Made by a program: the position numbers and the translations under genes. Positions 25,470 to 39,330 of a stretch of 64,000 nucleotides of DNA are shown here, in pieces. The DNA is taken from assembly GCF_009914755.1 (NCBI RefSeq), contig NC_060944.1. The stretch is one strand, 5' to 3'. Each line of letters begins with the position of its first letter. The first letter of the stretch is position 1. This DNA is from the human T2T-CHM13v2.0 reference genome, Homo sapiens. The notes under the pieces were generated by a model. It made no database searches, was not told the DNA's origin, and was given only the letters and a program-made list of their open reading frames with translations.

Positions 25470-26420
25470 GCATTCATTCACTCATTTTTTTCTAACTAAC
25501 TTTTAAAAATTATTTAAAATGTTTAGTCCTCCTTCAAGCATTGTGCTGGTAGTGACACAAGGATTTAGAAAGGGAGAACGAGCTTCTAGGAATTTAAATT
25601 TTAGAGGGAAATAGTTATGTAAGAAACATATATAATGCAATGAGATAAAGTATTCAAAGTCAATGATATATTAAAGGAAGGATCTTATGGGTTTGCTTGT
25701 TAGAGTCAGGGAAACCTTCAAAGAACAAACTTAAACTGTTGTTTGATTTCCTCTATGAGAACCGGGTGCACATCGGGGCTAGAGTGGTTCCCACTTCAGG
25801 ATGAAACAACCGTGAAGAACAAGGAAGTGGCAGGAGATGGAGCTAAACAGGTCATCAGAGGTAGATCTTGAAAAGCCCTTCATGTGATCAAATGAAATTT
25901 TATTATTTTTTCTTTCTGTGAGATTGGTGATATTGATCAGATGAATAATATATATCAAATGTGTACACTAAAAAGAGCACTTTTATGGGCATGTAGAGGA
26001 TCATTTGAAAGAGTAACCTCCCCAGCCTCAGAGGACTTTCTGGCTCACTCACTCAGCAAATATTCATTGAGTGCCTGCTGTGTACTGGGTACTGTGTGAG
26101 TCAAAATGTAAGGCAATGACAATGGAGGTAGAAAAGGAGACAAATGTGAAAGCAATTTCACAAAGAGTAACACATTTGATGTCAAATAGCTATGGTAGGG
26201 AAGACACAAGACTTTCTGGTTTTCCAGTCTGAGCTATTGGGAGGAGGCAATAACATTCCCTGAGCCAGGGATTCTCTGAATCTGTTTACTCATACATAAC
26301 ATGACAACAATAACAAGAAGCCAGAATCACAGGACTATTATGAGAATGAAATGAAATAATACAAATTTAAAAGGATTTTGTAAGCTTTGAAACATAAAAT
26401 GAGGGTAAGGTGTTATTTTA
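25470..26420. mobile_element. L2 (minus) and MIR fragments
   Basis: 'ctcactcagcaaatattcattgagtgcctgctgtgtact'; 'ggactattatgagaatgaaatgaaataat'. Confidence 0.55.
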
Positions 26421-28264
26421 AAATATATGTAACATATTTAAAAATAATCTCTGGTTGCTTTTGATTCCATGATGATGTAATTTTCTCCCCATAAGAAGTA
26501 TCTATTGGGCAGAATAAATTAAACAAAATGGCTTTGCTATCTAACTAAAATAAGCATTATTTATCTCAAAATGCCAGTCTTTACCAGCCTCACTTTCTAT
26601 ATTCTGGCTTTTTTCCCATTATGCAGAGTGTTGATTTGGAGGGGGGAGTAAAAGCCAGTTGAGTTTCTCATAAAGTTTCACACTGCAGACTTGGGCGACA
26701 GTGGTTTTGTTTAAAGCTGATTCATTGGGATTTCCTAAGAGATGCTATTGTATAGGTACAATAACTGTTTAGTGAGGTTCTTTATGAGACACTCAGGATT
26801 ATGGATCCATAATTTGCATTCATTGCAAACATTGTAACAACTTCTTTTGAGCCATTAAAATGAAGGTATTGAAAGGCTGTTAAGAACTCCACCAAGCCGT
26901 GAAATCACAACAGGTTCATTTATTGGAGAAAATATCATTAAGATACAAGCCAGCATTACAAATCCAGATCTCTTCTACGCAGTTGTCACATTTAACTTTT
27001 TTCCAGCCTCTCTGGGCAAAGGAAGGAGCTGTTATTTGAGTAAGTTGGGGCCCTGAAATCATTTTGCAATGCACCCATCCAGGCAGCCATCCATTCATCC
27101 ACTCATTCATTTCAATTCCTAGGTGCTGGGGCAGACGCTGAAGAAAATAACATGCTATTCCTACAGAGCTTAATTGTAGAGACAGACACATAAAATATAT
27201 TTGCAATAAAATGAAAACATGAAATGATAGGCTAAGTGTGGGGTGCTTTGGATGCTGCTGAGAAGACAGGGCGGTAGGAGAAAGAAGCAATTGCTGAAAC
27301 AAAAAGAAAAAGAAAGGCTGTTCCAGGCAGCCAAATTAATAAATGAGCATTGTGTTGCAAATTTGTGAATTCTGCTCCCTGGGAATCAGTAATTCTATCA
27401 GCTAGCCTTTTCACTTCCATTTTCAGAATTTCTGATTTAAAGACAAATTAAGCTAAATGCTTAGTTGCTCCATAAGGAGTCTGATGTGAAAAACCCATCT
27501 ATGCCATCACTGGGGGTTCTCATTGTTTCTCATCTGTAAAGTCTTTTGGGATTTAGATGGATCAGCTGGCTGACCTTTGCTGCTGTCCTATGAGACATAA
27601 AGATAATATTCCTCATATACCTAAATCATCTAGCAGAAAACCTGAGACACAGTAGGCCCACAATAAACAGCAGATATTATCCATTGACAGAATGGTGGCT
27701 TGGCAAAGTATTTTAAATTGAAAAGAAGAAATATGAATTGCATTCCCAATTCCTTTAAATAATTGCATTTTCTTCCATCTTGTAATTAAGGTCTCATCTG
27801 AATTTTGCCCCATACCTATAAGACATTAACAACATAGATTCATTTAAACAAATTAAAAATAATTTCAAATTTATTTTTAACAAATGGTTAGACTGTCTTT
27901 TGCAGGTGCACAGGAAATGAAGTATTATTATTAGTTTAAAGAAAAATCATGACAGTTTCATGACTAAAAAAGGGAAAAAATTGTGGAGGACACAGCTGCA
28001 CCTGATATATATCAATAATTAGTTCCTAATCTCATGTGTTTGTAACATATAAATCATCTTTGTTTCCAAAAATAAGAGCATAGTAGAATATCTATGAATT
28101 AAAAATGACTAGTTTTATTACTACTACTAATAACCAATGCATTGTAATCCAAATAAAGCTATCTTTGGGTTGTAAATAAGCAAACAGAATCACAGGAAGG
28201 TACAAAACATCCCTGTGATTGTTGCATTAAGTACCAGGTCTCTTAAGTCTAAATAGATTGTCTC

Positions 28265-28429
28265 TTGTTTTTTCTTCTCTTTGTTTTGTTGTTGCTTTGT
28301 TTTTTGTTTTTAGAGATAGAGGTCTCGCTTTGCTGCCCAGGCTGAACTCGGACTCCTGGGCTCAAGTGATCCTCCCATCTCAGCCTCCTGAATAGCTGGG
28401 ACTACAGGTGTGAGCCACCATCCCTGGCC
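28265..28429 (-). mobile_element. FLAM-C / Alu monomer
   Basis: 'ctcctgggctcaagtgatcctcccatctcagcctcc..gtgagccaccatccctggcc'. Confidence 0.9.
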
Positions 28430-28719
28430 TTTTGTCATATTTCAATTGAAATAATCTGGGCTAGTTTTACAATAGAGGTAAAAAATTCCAACTCTGGTGC
28501 TTTGGAATTGTATAACTGTAAACAAGCTAATTAACTTATCTAATCTATTAAAAAAAGGGATGATATTAATGGCCACTCATGCAGTTACTGTGAGAATAAA
28601 TAAAGGTCCAGCATATGACCCAGTCTGGAGGAGGTATTTAGTAAAAAATTGTTGCACCTATCTTTTTCTTAGCTTATCACTCACCCCGTATTAGCTTTTG
28701 CAATGCTTTCCAATTTGTA

Positions 28720-28790
28720 ACAACCCATGGGGATTATGGGAGCTACAATTCAAGATGAGATTTTGGTGGGGACACAGCCAAACCCTATAA
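28720..28790 (-). mobile_element. THE1 LTR 5'-terminal fragment
   Basis: 'ggggattatgggagctacaattcaagatgagattttggtggggacacagccaaacc'. Confidence 0.9.
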
Positions 28791-29169
28791 CAAAGTACAC
28801 TCCTGATTTGGAATATGTAACAATTCAAATGCATAATAAAAGAAACGTGGCTCAGAGTCGAAGTGCTGACTTCTAATTCATGATGAAAATGCTAACTGCC
28901 TTATGACCTTAGGCTAGTCACTTAGCCCTGGGGCCTCTAGCTATACAATTAGCTACAGTTAAAAAATGCTACATCATTATTATAAAGTATGGTAAGTAAC
29001 TGAAATAATGGATGTTACTTAAAACGTTATACTAATTTATATAATGACTGTTTTTTCTTGGTTTAATGCTTCCATTCAACTGTATTTTTTTTCATTTCCT
29101 ACTTCTTTATTACTGTTAGTGGAAGATTTTCTTTGCCTTGTTTATGAATTTTAATCTCATCAAATTCTT

Positions 29170-29460
29170 AACATCAGGTTTGGAAGGGAACTTGCATATT
29201 ATCTGATGGAGTGAGGTCCCTGAGGTGCTATTTCCTGCTTCCATACCATGGTAGATGTCATTTGAATCTCTTTAGTGACAGAGAACTCACTGCTTCTTGA
29301 AGCAGTGTGTTCCTGTGTTTGAGAAGTACTGCTATGAGATTCTTTCTAACACCAATCCATTTCTCAGCTACTTCTTGCCAAAATTCTACCTTTAAGGGCT
29401 ACATAGAATAAGTCGATAATCCCTGCCACATGGCATCTCTTCAGAAATTTGAAAATGGGT
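29170..29460 (-). mobile_element. L3/CR1-like fragment
   Basis: 'tttggaagggaactt', 'gtgacagagaactcactgcttc'. Confidence 0.45.
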
Positions 29461-30089
29461 AACATACGTATTCCTAGACTCTATTTATTCGTCATATGCA
29501 ATGATTTAGGTATTTCAGAAGTATCCATTTTACCCAAGATTTATAATTAGTATGGTATTATAACACACTGCCATATCTTTGAATGAATTAAGTTTTAGAA
29601 TATTGCGTTATTCATATATCTATATGCACTGCTTAAATATAGAGTTTTTCTATTTTTTCTAAAGTTACAGGAACCTTATGTTCCAATCCATATATAACAT
29701 CAGCACTTCGGACACTTCTGCTGAATATAGGAAAAAAATCTTCAATCCAAAACAACTAAACAAAAAAAGAACATGTTGAAGCTTGCTAGGTCAACGTTCA
29801 AAGCAGAAAAAGTTTGCATGATTGTGCCTGAGGGCACATGAAATGGAAATAACTATTTCCTAATCAATAAGTGTGATCATACCTGGAGGTGAGGTCAGGG
29901 GAATAGGGAGCAGGTATCCAGGGCCCTGTCTAAAGGACACCTTGTAGGCCCCAGGGAAAGAGACCAAACCTCTGATGCAAAGAAAACAACATGGAGGCCA
30001 AGAGGGCCAAATCTGTCTATAGATGTACTGTTTGCATGGCACAATGTTACAAAAAATACAGGAGGCTGCTTTTAAAAATCAGGAGATTT

Positions 30090-30394
30090 GGCCAGGTGCA
30101 GTGGCTCATGCCTGTAATCCCAGCACTTTGGGAGGCCGAGGCAGATGGATCACCTGAGGTCAGGAGTTCAAGACCAGCCTGGCCAACATGGTGAAACTCC
30201 ATCTCAAATAAAAATACAAAAAAATTAGCTGGGCGTGGTGATGGGCACCTGTAACCCCAGCTACTTCGGGAGGCTGAGGCAGGAGAATTGCTTGAACACA
30301 GGAGGTGGAGGTTGCAGTGAGCCGAGATCAGGCCATTGCACTCCAGCCTGGGTGACAAGAGCAAAACTCTGTCTAAAAAAAAAAAAAAAAAAAA
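30090..30394 (+). mobile_element. AluSq-like
   Basis: Full dimer; 'gacaagagcaaaactc'; near-TSD aaaa(a/t)tcaggag(a/t)ttt. Confidence 0.95.
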
Positions 30395-31217
30395 ATTCAG
30401 GAGTTTTTATATAAACTCTAGATTGCAACTTCTCTTGAAGACTTGGAAGTCCTGGCAATATTGGGCCTGCATTTCCACTAATCAAGCATCGGATGATAAA
30501 GCTGATGGGATGGGACATCTCCAGGTGACCTCTTTCCCACCTTTTCCTATGTGTAATGTACTGAACCCACTGCCACCATCTTTATTGTTTGCCTGATTCC
30601 TGTGGGCATTCAAACCCCCAGTTATTAGGTACCTGGGGCTATGCCTGCCTTTATTATTTCAGCCACATCCTTCTTTCTTCTAAACCTCCCGTTTTCTTTA
30701 ATTATTTACTCAACCCAAGATAGCACATGTATGTGCAAGCTTTCTCAAGTGTAATTCTTCAGACAACACAGGGTGGCTTGGTGCTCAGATCTCCTCCTCT
30801 GACAAATGTTGAGACTTCTCCCCTTCACCTTTTCACCTGTAATCCAGTGGGTCTCCAGTATTTTTTCCTGCCATGCTGCCTGATAAATGGTATTCTCCTG
30901 TGGGCTACATTCTCACTTTTAACAATGCTCACTTGGGCTGCCACAAGGCCAAAAGGAGCTGCAGCTATGTGCCCAGATGTAACCTTTGTCTCTTCCTTCC
31001 CCCAACTGTGTGGAATTGACGTTCTTGGTTTTTAGTGACAGAAAACCAGAAGCCAGTTAAAATATCTTTACCTGGCCTATAAACCCATTAAAAAACAAAC
31101 AAAGAAACAAAACAAAACAAAAACACTCTCTTTAGGCATCAGGGAGAGGCAAATTAAAACCATGGTGAGAAGTTTCTAGACATCGGATTGCTTATTGTAT
31201 TACTCTTTGTAACTTTG

Positions 31218-31579
31218 TGATATGGTTTGGCTGTGTCCCCACTGAAATCTCATCTTGAATTATAGCTCCCATAATCCCCACATGTTGTGGGAGGGACCCA
31301 GTGGGAGGTAATTGAATCATGGGGGCAAATTTTCCCATGCTGTTTCATGGTAGTGAATAAGTCTTATGAGATCTGATGGTTTCAGAAAGGGCAGTTCCCC
31401 TGCACATTCTCTCTTGCCTGCTGCCATGTGAGACATGCCTTTGCTCTTCCTTCACCTTCTGCTATAATTGTGAGTCCTCCCCAGTCATGTGGAACTGTGA
31501 GACCATTAAACCTCTTTTTCTTTAGAAATCTCCCAGTCTCGGGTATTTCTTCATATCAATATGAAAATAGACTAATACA
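31218..31579 (+). mobile_element. THE1B/C solo LTR
   Basis: TGATATGGTTTGGCTGTGTCCCCAC...GACTAATACA; TSD CTTTG. Confidence 0.92.
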
Positions 31580-31848
31580 CTTTGACTATCTAATATAGTT
31601 CCTAATAACAAAAATTGGAAAAAGGAAAAACACAATTCTTCCTGCCTTTCCTTTCTTGCTAAGTGCACAGTCTGTTGAGATGAGAAAGAGAATGTGTTGA
31701 TGTGGCTTTGAAAAAGAGGTGCTGGGTCTGGTAACCAAAGACTAGATGGAGGGAAGTTTCTGTGTATAAGTGAAATAGCGATGATAGAATGCCATTTTGC
31801 AAACCTAATTAATTCAAGGATCTATGCAATACTTATCAATGTCTGTCA

Positions 31849-31849
<1 letters not shown>

Positions 31850-31885
<36 letters not shown>

Positions 31886-31892
31886 CACACAC
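31850..31892 (+). repeat. (CA)n microsatellite
   Basis: Read directly from sequence. Confidence 0.95.
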
Positions 31893-31984
31893 CCCAGACC
31901 TTAAGTGTGTCTTATACATCATCACTTATAAAGTACTTTAGCCACCACTCACACCCCCCAACTCACCAATCCTCCAGACATAAT

Positions 31985-32421
31985 TGTGGAGTCCTAATAA
32001 GGAAAAAGAAGTCAGGCTGGTGGGACCAGGGGAAAGTATAAAGAAAGAGCAGATAAGCTACAAGCCTGCCTTTCTTCATGGTCCAGGACATGCAGCCCTC
32101 CTGTACAGATAGCTCATAATCTTCCTGCACCTGACTTATCACGAGACCCTCGGCTAATAGAAAAATGCAAGTTAGCTCACTGCCACATTGGCATTATCAA
32201 TACTGCATGTAGCCCTCTCCAGCATGAGCACAATCCTATAAAATCCCCAGCAAGCTTTTGTCTCCTGGCAGTCAGCTCCTCTCTTGATGATCTGCCTGTT
32301 GCACCCTTGCAACATATTTTCATACTTTCTCTAATAAATGTGCCTTTTGTTACCTACAACTGTCTTGGTAAATTTCTTTACCACCTACACCACCAGCCCC
32401 AGTTAGCCGCTACCCACAACA
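31985..32421 (+). mobile_element. ERV1 solo LTR, MER83-like
   Basis: TGTGGAGTCCTAAT..AGTCAGGCTGG start, TATA 'cctataaaa', AATAAA, CA end; near-TSD ataat/ataac. Confidence 0.7.
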
Positions 32422-34329
32422 ATAACTATTGATTAGGAAGTGCAGAGAAGAGAGGAACATGTTAAATTATACCATAGAGCCAGCAAAATTCCTACTGGAA
32501 AATTCTACAGATCAAATGACCCAGCTTTTTCAACATAAAAATTAGAAGAGAGGGGGATAGAAAGAGAGAGACAGAAAAAGAATCTATTTAAAATATGACT
32601 TAAAAGACATCCACCTGAAGCAAATGTAACAAAATGATCACTTATTAATTCTGTTTGATGACTACAAGGGTATTACACAGAATTGTTCTCCATACTTCTG
32701 TAGCTTAGTTTTCATAATTATATGATGTTTCTGTGGTCAAAAACAAACATAAAGACCAAATTTGGTTCAAAAAATAACAGAGAGAGGGAAGTGAGTAGAG
32801 GCATACATGGCATTTTAATTTTGTGTATATTGGAAATACTCCATATTAAAATTTGAAAAACAAACAGAAGCAGAGATGCCAATCTCCCCCACTGCACTCT
32901 CACATACCTGACTGCTAGAGGGTAATGTTCTGTCCTAATAAGACTGTATCTACCCAGTCTGGAAAGGAATTTGGTTGTTTCTGATCCCTAAGAAGAATAT
33001 CTCATTTGCCTTTTTCTATGGTGTTATCAGAAAATGCTTTGCAGCAAATAAATGGCAACTCCATAAGTGGATGTTAATGAAATTTTAATGAATCTGAGGT
33101 GCTGGCACCATATATTCCTGCAGAGCTCAGTTTTTTAAAAATGCTGCTTTAATGCTGAAAGTTTACAGAAGAAAACAGCAACATTAAGGCCAAAATGAAG
33201 GTAGCCTCGGTTGGGGAGATTTTTCCCAGCGTAGTAAATTGTTTGGCCTTCATTTCCCTGGTCCCCTGGAGGTCTGCAAGCCCCATGGTCAGATACCCTG
33301 TGGTTTCCAGTGCTGGGCGGCTTACACAGGAGAAAGGATCCATGATTTCTGCTTTCGTCCTCTGCTGCCTCTTGATATTGAGGGCCCCTGCATCACTTAA
33401 AATGTTTATTGCAGATTGTTCCTTTTTGCCCTTCTAAGTAGTCTGTAAACTCTATTCCAGGCAGGGGCTGGGAGAGTTATTGCCTGTTGATACACTCACC
33501 CAAATAAGTGCTGAGTGTTCTTTGCTACACACATATGGACTTTGGCTCAGGGCCCAGAATACCTGAGTCAATTTCAGAATCCAATTGTTACAGCGGGCTT
33601 GTATTTTTAGAGAAGAAAAAGGTGTGCATCCTAAGATCCAAAAGCTGTCTACATTTACATTCCAACTTTCTTTTTAATTAAGAAGATCACAAAAATCAAT
33701 AGAGAATTTACTAGCAAAGAGGGCCATACTGGAATGATTTGGGGAAAGAATTTTGCTGCATTGACAGAAAGAGGGCAGGGGAGGTGTTTACCAAACCATC
33801 TGTAACTGGCTGGGTTTTTCTCATTTATTTCAGATTCCATTCTCTCTATTCATTCTCCATCCCATCCCATCCTTGGACCCCATCTCTTCCAGAATGTTAA
33901 CTATGCCCCATAGCTATGAAATGAATTTTCCATAAGAGAACAATTTCCTACTTTTATGGTGCTAGAACAATTGTGTGCATTGTTAGAGACCCCTATATGA
34001 CTTTGACTTCGTCAGAAGAGAATAGTAACTCTCCATTGACAGGTCCTGGTGACCGAAAGTATAATCAAAGTCAGTGCATTATTAATGACTCTTCTTTTTA
34101 ATGACTCAATCACAGTGTGAAATGTTTTTCAAACATTTTATTTTATATAATTTTTCCACTTGGGAAAGTCTGCCCACAAATTAAGGGAACACAATAGCTG
34201 AATAAAACCAGAAATATTGTGCTGGATGTTCTCCAAACAAATTGTCCTTCAAAGAGATGGCCAGAAGTTCTGATCAATTTTTTCATGACAAGTGGGGGCC
34301 AGATAAAGGATATACCTGGATCAGGTTAC

Positions 34330-34560
34330 CTGAGAACACAGATTGAGAACTGGGCTTTGGAATCTGACAGCCCTGATACACCTGGCTTTATTATATACTA
34401 ATGATATGATCTTTGGCTCCTTTTGAAAAAGCTCTCAGGGTTGGTTTCTTCCTCTGTAAAATGAGCCTACTGAAGCCTCTGGAACAGGGGTTGTGTGAAG
34501 ATCCTATGAGATAATGCATGTAAAGTGTATCTCCCTGGGCCTTGGGTTGTTGACTCCTTA
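34330..34560 (+). mobile_element. MIR
   Basis: 'gggctttggaatctgacag', 'tttcttcctctgtaaaatg', 'gagataatgcatgtaaagtg'. Confidence 0.75.
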
Positions 34561-35009
34561 TTCTGTTCCAAGCACCCAGAGTGGAGAAAAAGGCAGGGAG
34601 AGCAATTCCAGCCGCTGGCTGTCCATACTGCTCTGAGCTCTGTGACAGGTACCAGGAGAAGAAACAGTGGCATGGGGATGGGCAGGGAAGAGAAATGGAA
34701 GCAAGAGAGAGAGAGACTGGCTGGCATAAGAAGAGTAAGGGTTACATTCAGCACAATTACCTTTGAGATGTAAACACCAAACAACCTCCAAGGGTAAAAG
34801 AAGTTCAAGAATTCCAGACATTGGTCAAGTTTATGTAGTTATGTATGAATGACTTTAAAAGACTTTGAAACTAGTGTGTGTTTGTATTTTTAGTAACTTA
34901 CTTTTTAAAAATTTGCATTTTAGGTGGGGGTCACACCAATGGTTGTTGGTTACATTCTGCATTCCCTTTAACACTTTATTTTATATATTAAAAGAGTATT
35001 TATGGGGTG

Positions 35010-35260
35010 CAGTCATGAAAATGGCTACCAGTTACCAGGTGCCTCCTATATGCCAGGCCTTATGTTTTGCACTCTTCACATATGAGCTCATTTAATCTTT
35101 CTGCAATCTCTCAATGTATTATTATCCTCATTTTACTGACAAAGAAGCAGAGGCCCAGAAGACTAGGCAATTTCCCCCAGGTCACAAAGCTATTAAATGG
35201 CAAAGGTGAGAATTTGAATTTAAGTTTTTGATCCATAATCTCTGTTTTGACTCCAAAACC
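35010..35260 (-). mobile_element. MIR
   Basis: 'tattattatcctcattttactgacaaagaagcagaggcccaga..cccaggtcaca'. Confidence 0.8.
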
Positions 35261-36534
35261 CATTATACACCACCACCAAAATAATGGATGAGGCTACTAT
35301 TTTGATATTGCTAATAACTGGAAGTGATAAACTAAGACACAGAACCATATTTTAACCAGGGTTTGCTGTCTGGTTATTTTTCTAACACTGTTGCCTCTGA
35401 AGAAAAGGCAGGTAAATAATGTGTGGGTGTGTGTGTGTAAACTAGTAAATTTCACCTAATTTATTTGCATCCTTTCTACTGCTATTTCTAACCCCCATTT
35501 TTGAGACTATCTTAAGAGTCATTGTCTAGGGATGCAGCTACTTAAGGAGCAAAACGGTCAGGGTCATTTAAAATCTCTTAAGCAGAGAACATTTAAATTT
35601 TCTTGTTTCTGGCTACTGGTAACAAATCTTCATTAAATCTTAAACACAGAATAAACAAAGCATGAACAGATTGTGACTGCTTCCTAATTCAACAAAGAGA
35701 GATTACGGTTTTGCAGATACTGTTAAATGTTGGAACAGACCCTGTGGAAGTCATTTTAAGGCCCAGAGTATTTTCATGTATTTTGGCCTCTCTAAATCAG
35801 TTTTTCCCAGAGGAACTGACATTGCCAAAAAATATGCATTTTGTTTAAAGTTGTCTGGACAAAGATTTATGCTTCTGTGACCATCTGCATTATCACCCAT
35901 GCAAGGCAATCAATACTGTCCTAATCCAGTCATATGCCTACTGATGCTTTATGTATATTTCACATACCTATCTGCACAAGAGAAGGAAGTAATTGCACAG
36001 ATAAGGAAAAGCAAAAGTAGCAGGACCCAGTTTGAGATTAGATCCTTTGACTGCTGGGTCCAGACATGGATGGGTATGGGAACCCACCTGGGGTCTACTT
36101 GAATGAGGGAGAAAACTTACCCAGAGAGAATCCAAATTAGAATGTGCAAGTGTCAAAGCCTCATTCTACTGAGAAGAGAGGAAGCTTTGAGTAGAAACAT
36201 CTAGCTTTTCTTTGGACAGGTCTTAGATTTATTTGGAGACATCTGTTATGGCCCCTTCTTGCTTTATTTTATGGTTCCCTATTCACTTGACGTAGTCCAT
36301 GATACCAATATCCCTCTTAAAATATAGCCATCCTCCAAACTGAACTTGATACGTAGGTACAGCCAGAGTATGATGGCAATTACTGACTTTTTTTTTTAAC
36401 TTACAAAATTTACTGTTATTAATGTAGCTTAAGACCTTGGCTTTGCTTTTGTCTCCATAGAGAGTTTTAGTTACCTAAAGCCTCCACGTATTTGTAATTC
36501 ATATTTAGGCCTTGCAAAGATGCTCATTGTTCTC

Positions 36535-36855
36535 AAACCATGATTCCAAACTTAGCTGCATATTGGAATCACCTGGGAAGTTTCAAAATAGTTTCCTGTA
36601 TCTCACTGCCAGAGAGGGATTTTGTAGGTTCAGAGTGTGGCCTGGGTTTGGGGATTTTTAAAAGACTCCAGATGATTCCAAAGTGCAGGGAAATTTGGGA
36701 ACCACTGTTCTAACCTTCCAATTCAAAGTGTGGTCCATGGCACTGGCATCACTTGGGAGCTTGCTAGAAATGCAGATGCTTGGGCTCTACTCAGACCTAC
36801 TGAACTAGACTCTGAATTTTAACAGGCTAGCTAGGTGATTCATGTGCATATTCAA
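36535..36855. mobile_element. Two adjacent MER5 (MER5B + MER5A) MITEs
   Basis: 'ggaatcacctggga..gggaaccactg' then 'tcaaagtgtggtcc..gggagcttgctagaaatgcaga'. Confidence 0.8.
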
Positions 36856-37845
36856 AAACTATTAATATAATCCTGATTACAAGACTTACTTTGAAATTTT
36901 ATTAAATTCCACTTTTTTTCTTGAGCTTCAAGAAGAAGCTACAGTTTCATCACTGGGGCTCAGACCACATGTGAAGCAACTGGGTTGGGTGTCCTCAAGT
37001 GGGTAGGGTTAAGGCTGGTCAATGATAAACCTGGCATCAGTATTAGACATTCAGGCTAATTCTGGATCAAAGTGAACACAGGAATCAGAAGAAGATTAAA
37101 ATATAGTTTTAGCTCTTTGCTTGCAAAGCTGGGCTGAAGACCCGGATGGAATGGGCTGTTCCTTGTCCTTTGATTTCCCCCGTCTCAGCTAGTTAGTTTC
37201 TTGAGAGGGGAGAGAACAGAGGCCTCTGCTATGAAGTGGGGAGGTCCTGCCTGCACCTTGGTGAGCTTGCCCCCACATGGCACCACTGGCAGAGAGGAGA
37301 ACGTGTTCTGCTTAAGAACAACTTCAGAGGAAGGACAGCGAGCAAGGTGACAGCTAGCTGTAGAAGTCAGTGACCATTCGCCTGCCTTACTGGCCCACTG
37401 AGTCACTCCTTCCACTGGGAGGGTGGGCATGTAGTTTCCTGGCAGCTGTTGCTATTCTAGGGGGCACAGTGGAAATGTAGGAAGAGGATATAAGTCTTTT
37501 ACCTCATCCCTTTTTGTTGATTGGGACCAGAGAGCAGTTACCTGGCAGGCCTGCCCAGGAGGACTGGTCAGAAGGCCTCAGAGGAGGAATGAGACAGAAG
37601 AGTGAGCCAGCACGGGGCCTGGTTGATGGGTTCAGAGAATCAGAGAAAGCAGCTCAAAGAGCAGCTGGGCTCATGGTCACCAACTTGCCTTGTTCCCAAA
37701 TGATGTTAGCTTCCTAGTGTCTTCTTTTACTCAGAGAGTTGAGAGTTGAGATTTCCTTTGGTTTCTTGAATTTCAGACAGGTCACTGAAGGTATTTAAGA
37801 ATCTTACTTATCAATGGGTGGAAGTTAGTAAGATGGTAGGTGGCC

Positions 37846-37984
37846 TTTTTTTTTTTTTTTTTTTTTTTGTAGAGACAAGAGTATTGAAGTGCCCAGGCTG
37901 TTCTTGAACATCTGGCCTCAAGCAATCCTCCTGCCTCAGCCTCTGAAAGTGTTGGGATCACAGGCATGAGCCAATGCACCTGCC
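37846..37984 (-). mobile_element. FLAM / AluJ left monomer
   Basis: Poly-T, then 'cctcaagcaatcctcctgcctcagcc..caggcatgagcca'. Confidence 0.85.
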
Positions 37985-38534
37985 TAAAATTATATCTCTT
38001 AAAGAAGTGATTTGTCTTTCAGAGATACTACCTAGAGAGGCGCCAGGAGAGAAAGGGCAATAGGCAGTTATTTAGCTTTCCCCTTCCATCAGTTCTGGAA
38101 CTTAGTCATTCTCTCGCGTCTCATTTTTCCTCTAACTTTCAGATGTGCAAAGGATGTCTTAAACTCAACAAGACAGGAGAACAGAAAATCCCAAACAACC
38201 CACCAGTATAAAACACACAAATGTAACAAACACAAGAAAACTCAATACTAGCTCCTCTTTCTCCAGCCAAACTGACAATCTGCTTGTTGGCAGATCTCTG
38301 AAACGTGGTCGGTGCTCACTGGCACTACTTCCTCACCACAGCCTTGCTCTTTGGCTCCCAGCATCTGGCCCCTCCCAAAGGGCTCAATTGAAACCTGTCT
38401 CCCAAAGGGAACATGTGGCGTCCTCATTGCCAAATCCAAAGCCGTTTCTTAGCTCCCGCTCCATTTAATGTCTTTCTGAAGGTCATTCCTTTGACATCGT
38501 TGACTATATTTCATTTCTTTCTCTTCTGGTGATC

Positions 38535-39330
38535 AAATGCATGAGCTTAGGAATCAGACAGATCTGAACATAAATCCTAACTACTGCTAGTAATGTGACC
38601 CTGGGCAGATAAAATACACACACACACACACACACATACACACACACACACACACGACATACATACAGATGTGTATCTTTTATTTTGCTCTATAGAAACG
38701 GGATCATATTTTATACTCTTGTCTGCTGTTTGCCTTACTCACTTAACAGTTCATTGTGGAACTCCTTCCAAAAGAGTTGGTGTAGAACTCACTCATTCTT
38801 AAATATTATGGATGTATCACAAATTATTCAACCATTCCTCTGTTGATGGATATTCCATTTGCTTCAGACATTTTCTACTCTGGGTTGGTGATTTCATCTT
38901 ATGGGATAAATCCCCAGTTGGGGGATGGCTGGATCAAAGGACACATGTATATTTAATTTACATTTAGTGGGTATATTTAATTTTAATAGATGTTGCCAGA
39001 TGGCCTTCTAAAAAAACTGTACCATTTCACATTCCACCGGCAGTGTATGAGTAGCTCTTCCTCAAAGCATTATAGTCCTGTTTAATTTTTTACAAACCTG
39101 GTGCATTTCCTCAACTACTATAGAAATTGAGCATCTTTACAAACGTTTATTAGCCATATTTGGATGTTGTGTTCTGTGAACCTGCTACTTATATCCTTAT
39201 TCAAGTTACTTAACCTCCCTAAGCTTCAGTCCCTTTACAAAGTTATTATGAAGATTAAATAAAATATTTATGTGAAGGCTTTGCCCAAAGCCTGGCACAA
39301 GTGACATGCTTGGTAAATAGTAGCTGCTGT
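38535..39330. mobile_element. MIR (+) split by (CA)n and antisense L1ME fragment (~38680-39200)
   Basis: MIR 5' '..gtgaccctgggcag' resumes at 'caagttacttaacctc'; L1 'tattcaaccattcctctgttgatgga', 'ggctggatcaaagg'. Confidence 0.7.
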
